Assembly: GCA_001599295.1 (NCBI GenBank)
Contig: BCGN01000005.1
Coordinates: 62,001-126,000, forward strand
Source of the DNA: Sporopachydermia quercuum
Lineage: Eukaryota
Direction: 5' to 3'
DNA length: 64,000 nucleotides
Part shown: piece by piece, positions 55,411 to 64,000 of the stretch
How the letters are laid out: each line of letters starts with the position of its first letter
Position numbering within the stretch: position 1 is the stretch's first letter
Program-made: the position numbers and the translations under genes
The notes under the pieces: model-generated
Seen by the model: the letters and a program-made list of their open reading frames with translations, nothing else
Told to the model about the DNA's origin: nothing
Databases searched by the model: none

Positions 55411-57905
55411 ATGAAGTAAGCATCATCATACTTTTATCTACTACATTTTATCTTAAAACCTCCGCTAACAACATCTATAGGTTCTTCATTGACGACCTTC
55501 CAGTACTTTTTCCTTACCCTAAAATATACCCCGAACAGTATGCATATATGTGTGACATCAAGAAAACTCTTGATGTAGGAGGCAACTGTATACTGGAAAT
55601 GCCTTCTGGAACTGGTAAAACAGTATCGTTGCTGTCATTAACTGTTGCCTATCAAATGCATTATCCAGAACATAGGAAAGTCATATACTGTTCGCGAACA
55701 ATGTCAGAGATTGAAAAAGCATTAATAGAATTGAAACAGCTAATGGCGTTTCGAGAGAAAGAGCTGGGTTATACAGAAAACTTTCGTGGATTAGGTCTTT
55801 CATCTCGTAAGAATCTTTGTTTACACCCAGAAGTTAAATTAGAGAAAAAAGGTGCTGTTGTTGATGAGAGATGCAGAAGAATGACTAATGGAATAGCTAA
55901 ACGGAAAGCTGAAGCTGGTGATGACACTGTTAAACTATGTGAATATCACGAGAATCTCGATCACGAAAATGCTCATAACTATCTTCCACCAGGTGTCTAC
56001 ACTTTTGAATCCTTATTAAAGCATTGTGAAAGCAATAAAACATGTCCTTATTTCACTGTCAGACGAATGATGTCTTTCTGTAATATCATCATTTACTCTT
56101 ATCATTATATCCTGGATCCTAAAATTGCTGAGCGAGTCAGTAAGGAGCTTTCAAATGATTCAATCATTATATTTGATGAAGCTCATAACATTGATAACGT
56201 ATGTATAGAATCATTATCTGTTGATATAACTGAGGATTCCTTGCGACAAGCATCTAGAGGTATTCATAGTCTAGAAACAAGAATACAAGAAGTAAGGAAA
56301 ACAGACTCTAAAAAACTACAAGATGAATATGAAAGATTAGTCAACGGATTACGTGAAGCAGATATAAGTAATTCTAACGACGGTGAAGAGGACCAATTTC
56401 TATCAAATCCTGTTTTACCTGATGATTTACTTGACGAAGCAGTTCCTGGTAATATTCGACAAGCAGAGCATTTTGTTGCTTTTCTTAAACGATTTATCGA
56501 ATATCTGAAAACAAGAATGAAAGTCTTGCATGTTATTTCTGAAACTCCAACGTCTTTTCTCAAACATTTACGGGAATTGACTTTTATTGAAAGGAAACCT
56601 TTACGATTCTGCTCTCAGCGATTATCGTTATTAGTTCGTACATTAGAACTAGATAACATTGATTATTTCACAGCTTTAAAAGAGATTGCTATCTTCGCAA
56701 CACTAGTTTCAACATATGAGCAAGGATTCCTATTGATATTAGAGCCTTTTGAAATTGAAACAGCAACAGTTCCTAATCCTATTTTACATTTCACCTGTTT
56801 AGATGCGTCAATAGCTATGAAACCAATCTTTGATAAATTCAGCTCGGTCATCATAACTTCTGGAACTATCTCTCCTTTAGATATGTATCCTAGAATGCTT
56901 AATTTTGAGACTGTCATACAGGAATCGTATGCTATGACGTTAGCAAGAAGATCCTTTTTACCAATGATTGTTACTAAAGGGTCTGATCAAGTAGCAATAT
57001 CCTCAAGATTTGAAATAAGAAACGATCCAAGCGTGGTTCGAAACTACGGTAACTTGCTTATTGAATATTCTAAGATAACTCCTGATGGCATGGTTGTTTT
57101 TTTCCCTTCTTATTTATATATGGAGTCCATTATATCCATGTGGCAATCAATGGGTATACTGGATGAAGTATGGAAATATAAGTTGATCTTGGTAGAAACT
57201 CCTGATAGTCAAGAAACTGCTGTTGCTTTAGATACTTTCAGGACAGCTTGTAGTAATGGTCGTGGTGCTGTTTTATTATCTGTTGCCCGAGGGAAAGTCT
57301 CTGAAGGTATTGATTTTGATCATCACTATGGTCGTTCGGTTATAATGATTGGCGTTCCTTTCCAGTATACGGAATCTCGTATTTTGAAAGCTCGGCTTGA
57401 GTTCTTACGTGATAACTATCAAATAAGAGAAAACGACTTCCTATCTTTTGATGCAATGCGCCATGCGGCTCAATGTTTAGGTAGAGTATTACGTGGTAAA
57501 GATGATTATGGTATTATGGTACTTGCTGATCGTAGATTCTCCAAGAAGCGCCAGCAGCTGCCAAAATGGATCAATCAAGCTTTATTAGATGCTGATACTA
57601 ATTTGTCAACTGATATGGCAATTGCTTCAGCCAAGAAGTTCTTACGAACTATGGCTCAACCAGCGGATCCTAAGGACCAGGAAGGAATCTCTGTATGGAA
57701 TTTAGGCCAATTGGAGAAGTTTCAATTAGAGCAAAGGAAAGGTGCTATTAAGGGAGATGAAGAAGGAGATGTGAAGATCGCCAAATCAAGAAAAGATATG
57801 CGGAGGGCTATTATTGATGATGACGATGAAGATGAGGATGAAAGTGATTATGAGCTTTCAGCAGGAGAAGAGGAAGTATTGATGACGATGGATGTTGATA
57901 AATAA
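55411..57905 (+). CDS. RAD3: TFIIH/NER 5'-3' DNA helicase Rad3/XPD, about 809 aa; exon 1 55411-55415, intron 55416-55480, exon 2 55481-57905
   Basis: Splicing GTAAGC..GCTAAC..TAG gives the canonical start MKFFIDDLPVLFPYPKIYPEQY. EMPSGTGKT, Fe-S cysteines, DEAH, SGTISP, AQCLGRVLRGK. Confidence 0.97.
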
Positions 57906-58794
57906 TGTATGTAAGTCTGTAAGTAGATATATAAAATGATGAGAGAAAGGGAAAGAAGGAAAGGAATCGAGGGAAATGAATGGATTTAATAGAGTAATTC
58001 AATAGATTATCTCAATACGTGAATGGTGATGTAGGTTATAGTTGTTTTATGCTATTACGCCTACCATAGTTGAACAGATCGAATAGTAATTGGTTAATAG
58101 AAATACTATTAGTTTACTTGATGATATATAGAAAGATATTAAATAAACCAAACGTATTGTGCTGTGCTGAATAGGTTGAGTATTTTAGCAGCGACCAGAC
58201 CAGAAAGGAGAATTCTAATAGTAACATGCATCCTTTCATAACATATTATTCTAAGCATCTTTGTCTGAAAAATTGAAATAATTTAGTTTATTGCTAATTA
58301 TAAATAGATAATATAATATATTTGGATGTAATAAGCATTGAAATACTAATGATAGCCCTATACTTGAACTCTTAATACTATTAATATACTACCTCACAAT
58401 AACAATTCCAATCAGATAAAAGGTACCATAATGCATTTAGTTATTATAATAAATGCCATTAGACTTGTAATGATTTCAAATATGAGAATAAACACCAAAG
58501 TGTCAGTTGTAAATTGCCTAGAAATATATGTATTGCACATAGTTATAATCTATCCTCAATATAGGCAACTGAACTAATACTGCAAGACACTTACCTAGTT
58601 TAAAGGAATAAATAGTATATAAAAGAAGAACAATTACATCAATATAATATAATTTAATTAGTGCTAGAAAGTGAGCTCAAACAGCCAGATAACCATAAGA
58701 ATGATAGTATACATTTTATTATAAAGTGTGTTTTATAACACTGGAAATGATAATATACAATTTATTATAAAACCCTCAAATCAGGCTTTTCGAA

Positions 58795-61700
58795 TCAATC
58801 CATAGCCTGATCCTCGTCCTCATTTCCTTCCAATACATCGACTGTTAAGTTGACCTCTTTGTCAGCATCAACATATGAATCACACATACACCAAACAGAT
58901 AAATTATGCTCCCCAGCATTTGGAATCGTGAATTCCATCTTAACGGACATTTCTGCTTTGGAAATCGTCACTTTCTTCATCGCGTATAACTGTTTTGTCT
59001 TGATTTCACCGATAACTATCCACCAAGCTTCTTGCTTAGAGAGTGGGTAATGAGGAGCAGATACAGTTAGATCTTCGGGCTCTTCGTCTCTTTCTAGTTT
59101 GATAATGATTTCGGAAGATTCTCCAGCCACAATTTCCTCATCAGCATCCAATTCGTAGGCCACATCAACATTAGGGAAGTTATTTATGAATTCAGCCACT
59201 TTATTCAATTGCCGGTTGGACATGGTTAACAATTTGTCGCGTGTCACGTCTTCTAATGTCATAATGTCATATACATTTGTCACGCCGGCCGATTCACATT
59301 TACTGATGATTTCTGGAGTGAAATAAGGAATTTGCTTCAAAACACTGTCTTTATCCCATACAGCTTGGACAATCATATGACTTAAATCCATGGCTGTAAT
59401 TGCATTCAAATATCCTTCACTTGACATAATGTCAACACATACTGATAGGAACGTCAGGATNTTCTCAAGGACAAATGCTAGATCACGTGATAGGTCAGGT
59501 GGTAACGCAATGCGTGACAAATGAGCTTGAATTAATATAAACGCTTTGAAATTTGGTGACATCCATGACTCCTCAGTTGCTTTAATTGGCACGTTCCTGT
59601 ATATTTTTTGCAGAACAATTTCCTCGTGTAATCTTAGTGGTAGTGCTTCGAATTCTGCAGCTGAAGTTATGATCTCGAGAATTAACCCCAATTTTGCCCG
59701 GGGGGTCAGCGACAGACTGAGGGTTTGCATAGTAAGGAATGAGACATCATAGTAAGCAGCAATCATTAATCCGTTCAGTGGTACGATTTGATCCTCTTCT
59801 TCTTCATCGTCATAATTTTCGTCATTGTCTTCTCCGATTTCAACTAGTTTAGCTTCAGACAAATCTGACAAGGTTGTCTCAATTAATTCTGACAAGAACT
59901 CTGAGAGTCCTTCATGAGTGACATCTAGAAGACCATAGAAACTTGGATTCAACTGCAATGCTCGGTAGAAATATGTATATGTAAGATAATCAATACAATC
60001 TTGCTTGGTTTGTATTATTTTGCAGTTGATTTCCGGGACAAATGCATCGGCTAATGATAAGTTCAATAGACTTTCAACTGGGAGGGCCTCATTGAGGAAT
60101 CGTTTATAATAATCACGTTTAGCAGTATTTGTCAAAACCAGAACTTTTCCCGGCGAAACACCATCGTCAGTTGCTTTATTATTCTCAACTTCATCCTCTT
60201 CCTCCTCGTCATCCTCATTTCCAGCGTCAGCATGACCAATCATTTCTACTAACTCATTCAACGTATAATCAATATACCTATGTTCTCTACCTTCATAATA
60301 CTGTGTACCCATAACGATCACCAAATCAGCTCTAGGACATCTCCAACAAGTGTCTCTTACAGCTAATAGCACTTTGATAGCTGCTGATTCATATAACCTC
60401 TCAACTAGCAACTTATCATTCTTATTCATTCCTTTATAATAGAACCCTATACCTTTGCTGATACTCTGTGCTAAAGCCTTATCACTAATCTTATTCAAAT
60501 AACTGGCAATTGAATCAAATTCAACATTCAAAAACATTTCCTCGTCACCATTTGCATAGGCTCGTTTCAAAAGCTCAACTCCAGTGTCAATGCATTGACT
60601 TCTGCTGTCTAAGAACACTAATGCACGTGATCGACCGCTACTTAATTTGGAAAGTTCCCTAAAAGCAGGCTTTGCATATGTCAGCATTAAAGATGCATGG
60701 TGCTCCACTCCACGTGACTGCAAATGAATCTCGATAGGTTTCACCCTATTGTGAGGAGCAAAATTGAACACGGTTTGATCTTTATGGGCTCCAATAAATT
60801 CACCTAACGTTCTACCATTAGCAACGGGATAACTTAGGCCAATTATTCTAATTGAAAGGTCTTTCTGAGCTATCATTAGTCTCATACGAGCAATAATACT
60901 CTCATAGTTAGCCCCTTCATCACTGGCAATCAAATGCATATAATCAAATATAAATAGTTCAACAGCTTGAACGTTTTTCCTTTGAGGCCATCTTCGTGAT
61001 ACCAAATCCCATTGTTTGGCAGTAGCAATAATCAAATGTGATTCTGCTAATAGCTTTAAGTCCTTTGATGTATCTCCTGTAAGCTTGCTGATGGTTTTAC
61101 CACCAGCGATATCAGACAACCGTCTATTCCAAATAGTAAACCTTTGATCAGCTTGCTCATCAAACGGTGTAATATATACAGCTCTACCGCCATTATGTTT
61201 CCAATGCCGTAATAAGGCAAGTTCCCCTAATACAATATCATCACAGCCCTGAGGGCAGCCAATAAATGCATTCTGGCTGCTTTCAAACAACACTTGAAAG
61301 CATTGGGTTTGAATAAAGTTGAAATGCTCCTGATGGTCGTACAACGCAACAAACTGCTCGTCTTTCAGCTCACTTATTGGCACCGGTGGTAAATCTAAAA
61401 CTGTGCTATGAGCAGGGAACTTAGCTGGGAGTCTCAACTCTTGGAATATAATTGGCACTTTAACCTCACAATGTAACCAACGTTCAGAGATAATAGTAAT
61501 GAAATAATTGGGTGGCAATGGCTCATCAATAGGTACCGTCAATGACACATAATGCTCAGTGTTAATGTACTGCCTTTTTATGATCAAGCTGTCAGTCCAT
61601 AAGATTCTTTCTCCATCTTCATCTTCAAGCAGTATAATAAAAGGTTCTGCAGAACCATGGATATCATCGTTCCAGGAAAACTCTGGGGTTATTTCGAGCT

Positions 61701-64000
61701 CGATTCTGAGCACACTACGAGTCATTGGCTGCACATGAGCGTTTACTTTCAGTTGAGGGAACTGCGATAACATACTGAACGCTTTAGCTCCGAATTTTTC
61801 ATTTCTAATGGCAGCTCCGACTTCAGCCGCATCTTCCAGTTCAAGGTAGTGCTGCCATGGGACATGGGATGCTTCNGTCTTACGGATAATTTCTTTAGGA
61901 CAATCAGGAAATTGTCGGAAGGGACTACTTGTCAGCCACATTTTTTTGGCAATCATTTTCCCCATTTCAAGACATAGTTTTGTCAGATTAGCCCAACCTT
62001 TCCTAAGACATATTTCAAACAAAGCTCGAAATAATCTGCCTGCTGATTGAGTGATATAAATCATATCTGCCATCAACGCAAATCCTTCCAGTTTAAGATT
62101 AGAGATGTAAGCTTGTAATAAAACGTTGATCTTTGCTTCAGGGTCATTCACACTCTCTTTAACAGGAATTGGGGCATTTTCAATTAGTTTAGCTACTTCC
62201 GCTTTCTCCTCATTTCTCACAGGGATAAACCTGAACTCTTTAGATAAGGTGAAAATCCGTAAAAGCTCTATCGATGATAACGATGGCTTCAAATGTTGAT
62301 TATAAATAGCAATAGAATCATGGGAAATATAATAGTAAGAAGCAATTCTCCCTAGTTCTGTTGATTGTATTCTGCCTGTGGACTCATCAAATCGGATCAA
62401 CCGGTCTTTTTCTAAGAGTTTCAAAGCAGAAAATGCCAAGTCTAGGCGTCTCAGCAAGAGCTGCTTATCGTTTGAATAATCTTGACCCACGTGATAAATA
62501 TCTGGTGATCTGAGCATCCGAATGTATAAGTAAGTGTATGATAGCCATTTTACAGCATCGTCAAGAGAATCAACAGTATCAAGAACAATCTCTGCATTGA
62601 GATTATCAGCCAAAGATGCCATGAATTGAGATTCTATTGGTAATTGTTGGTTAAATAGTGATAAATAGTACTGGATTTCGTTGTGAGAAGTAATAATGAT
62701 TCCCTGACCGCTAACATCATAACGAGGTCTTCCTGCTCTACCAAGCATCTGTAGAACGTCCTGTGGCGACAGTTCTGTCCATTGACCTTTCTCTGGAGAA
62801 TAAATTTGTGTGCCTTTGATAATAACCGTATGAGCAGGCAAGTTGACGCCCCATGCCAATGTAGCTGTAGATACTAACACCTGGATGAACCCAGCAGCAA
62901 ATAGATCTTCTGCCGTTTGACGATCTCTTCTAGACAATCCAGCATGGTGAACTCCAAATCCTGTTGGAAGCAGATCCTTTAAATCTTTGTTGCTTGTTTC
63001 TTCGGACTCTTCGCGTAGAACTTCTAATGAAGCAGAGTCAGATTTAAGGAATTGGTTTAACTTCTGTTCTTCTAACGCACGATCGCGAATATATTTTGCT
63101 GTTTTGACTGTTTCTTTACGAGAATGCACGAAAACGATCACCTGGTGTTTCCCTGCACATTCCAATACTTTTTCATAGCAGGCGTCGTTCATGGCCTGTA
63201 AACGTTTGATAGCCTTCTTTTCAGTAATACCAATAAACTCTTGAGCCAAAGGACAAGGTCTGAACGATGAATCAAAGAAGAATAAACCCGAACTCAGGTC
63301 GACTTTCAGAAAATTGGCAACATCAACATAATTTGGAAGAGTTGCTGACAACCCTACTAATCTCACATCTTCACCCGTTGTTTCTATTTGTCTTAATGTC
63401 CTAGCAACTATACTTTCCAAGACAGGACCTCTGATATCATGAAGCAAATGGATTTCATCAATAATCATTAACTTGACGAGATTTATATATGCAATGTTAG
63501 AGCTTTTCCTTGTGATGATGTCCCATTTTTCTGGTGTCGTGACAATCATTTGAGTGTCAGAAATCTGTTGTTTTGTCAGCTGTGAGTCTCCCGTGAGTTC
63601 TGCTACCTTTATACCAAAGACACCTAATCGTGTACTGAATTCTCGTACTTGTTCTTGAACCAAAGCTTTCAATGGTGCTACGTAAACGATTTTGAACCCA
63701 TCAACATCCAATTTGCCATTGGTAGGATTTAAATACTGAGAGATAGTTCTTAGAATAGTCAACATAGCCACGTTAGTTTTACCAGCACCAGTTGGAGCAC
63801 AGAGCAGTAAATTGCCGTCGCCGTTGAAAGCTTCAGGGAAAAGCTTACTTTGAACTCTGTTTAGAGTCTCTGTTTTAGGGAACGCTTGTTGGGCCCATGA
63901 AGGTAACTGAGCAATGGGTACTAGAGGCTCTGTTTCAGGGTTAGGGATATGAGGTTTTGGAGCCGGGACATTGATTTCTTCGTACGACTTGCGGGAGATT
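58795..64000 (-). CDS. BRR2: U5 snRNP Ski2-like RNA helicase Brr2 (5' partial; continues beyond window end)
   Basis: The frame stays open upstream of 63771 through [41 protein letters not shown], two Sec63 units, degenerate second helicase cassette. Confidence 0.97.
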   Translation of the reverse strand, partial: ISRKSYEEINVPAPKPHIPNPETEPLVPIAQLPSWAQQAFPKTETLNRVQSKLFPEAFNGDGNLLLCAPTGAGKTNVAMLTILRTISQYLNPTNGKLDVDGFKIVYVAPLKALVQEQVREFSTRLGVFGIKVAELTGDSQLTKQQISDTQMIVTTPEKWDIITRKSSNIAYINLVKLMIIDEIHLLHDIRGPVLESIVARTLRQIETTGEDVRLVGLSATLPNYVDVANFLKVDLSSGLFFFDSSFRPCPLAQEFIGITEKKAIKRLQAMNDACYEKVLECAGKHQVIVFVHSRKETVKTAKYIRDRALEEQKLNQFLKSDSASLEVLREESEETSNKDLKDLLPTGFGVHHAGLSRRDRQTAEDLFAAGFIQVLVSTATLAWGVNLPAHTVIIKGTQIYSPEKGQWTELSPQDVLQMLGRAGRPRYDVSGQGIIITSHNEIQYYLSLFNQQLPIESQFMASLADNLNAEIVLDTVDSLDDAVKWLSYTYLYIRMLRSPDIYHVGQDYSNDKQLLLRRLDLAFSALKLLEKDRLIRFDESTGRIQSTELGRIASYYYISHDSIAIYNQHLKPSLSSIELLRIFTLSKEFRFIPVRNEEKAEVAKLIENAPIPVKESVNDPEAKINVLLQAYISNLKLEGFALMADMIYITQSAGRLFRALFEICLRKGWANLTKLCLEMGKMIAKKMWLTSSPFRQFPDCPKEIIRKXEASHVPWQHYLELEDAAEVGAAIRNEKFGAKAFSMLSQFPQLKVNAHVQPMTRSVLRIELEITPEFSWNDDIHGSAEPFIILLEDEDGERILWTDSLIIKRQYINTEHYVSLTVPIDEPLPPNYFITIISERWLHCEVKVPIIFQELRLPAKFPAHSTVLDLPPVPISELKDEQFVALYDHQEHFNFIQTQCFQVLFESSQNAFIGCPQGCDDIVLGELALLRHWKHNGGRAVYITPFDEQADQRFTIWNRRLSDIAGGKTISKLTGDTSKDLKLLAESHLIIATAKQWDLVSRRWPQRKNVQAVELFIFDYMHLIASDEGANYESIIARMRLMIAQKDLSIRIIGLSYPVANGRTLGEFIGAHKDQTVFNFAPHNRVKPIEIHLQSRGVEHHASLMLTYAKPAFRELSKLSSGRSRALVFLDSRSQCIDTGVELLKRAYANGDEEMFLNVEFDSIASYLNKISDKALAQSISKGIGFYYKGMNKNDKLLVERLYESAAIKVLLAVRDTCWRCPRADLVIVMGTQYYEGREHRYIDYTLNELVEMIGHADAGNEDDEEEEDEVENNKATDDGVSPGKVLVLTNTAKRDYYKRFLNEALPVESLLNLSLADAFVPEINCKIIQTKQDCIDYLTYTYFYRALQLNPSFYGLLDVTHEGLSEFLSELIETTLSDLSEAKLVEIGEDNDENYDDEEEEDQIVPLNGLMIAAYYDVSFLTMQTLSLSLTPRAKLGLILEIITSAAEFEALPLRLHEEIVLQKIYRNVPIKATEESWMSPNFKAFILIQAHLSRIALPPDLSRDLAFVLEXILTFLSVCVDIMSSEGYLNAITAMDLSHMIVQAVWDKDSVLKQIPYFTPEIISKCESAGVTNVYDIMTLEDVTRDKLLTMSNRQLNKVAEFINNFPNVDVAYELDADEEIVAGESSEIIIKLERDEEPEDLTVSAPHYPLSKQEAWWIVIGEIKTKQLYAMKKVTISKAEMSVKMEFTIPNAGEHNLSVWCMCDSYVDADKEVNLTVDVLEGNEDEDQAMD

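Noticed and set aside
55326..55480. N-terminal extension of RAD3 in the ORF track
   Set aside because: Artefact of reading through the 5' UTR and intron; splicing gives the canonical MKFFIDDL start.
55411..64000. Alternative yeast genetic code (CUG=Ser or Ala)
   Set aside because: CTG occupies conserved Leu positions in RAD3 (VSLLSL, KELG, QLPKW) and BRR2 ([15 protein letters not shown]), indicating the standard code.
6588..64000. Functional cluster of splicing genes (MUD2, GPATCH1, BRR2)
   Set aside because: Separated by many unrelated genes; three of 21 is compatible with chance.

Overview
AT-rich, gene-dense eukaryotic DNA from a budding yeast (Saccharomycotina). It uses the standard genetic code, since CTG sits at conserved Leu positions. 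Introns are mostly short (GTATGT/GTAAGT ... TACTAAC-like ... YAG). I find 21 protein genes: UTP7 (partial), BCY1 (PKA regulatory subunit), BUB2 (4 exons), U2AF65/MUD2, LHS1, a conserved uncharacterised protein, a 2356-aa formin, a CAN1/LYP1-type permease, an orphan ORF, an aldo-keto reductase, a GCR1_C (Msn1/Hot1-like) factor, RPL3, SPT2 (2 exons), IES4, a class I/II aminotransferase, MIM2, SWF1 (4 exons), GPATCH1, ADK2, RAD3 (2 exons) and BRR2 (partial). I recognised no tRNA, rRNA, snRNA, CRISPR or intact mobile element, and no convincing novel multi-gene system. The best leads are: a 554-nt SWF1 intron whose ends can zip together next to the branch point; other unusual SWF1 splicing features; a GPATCH1 with an eroded G-patch; a PKA-R apparently lacking its D/D domain; a perfect nested 32-bp palindrome; and several gene neighbourhoods shared with S. 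cerevisiae. Family assignments come from motifs recognised by eye, with no database searches. Scattered single 'n' bases, probably ambiguous or heterozygous calls, limit certainty at a few codons.
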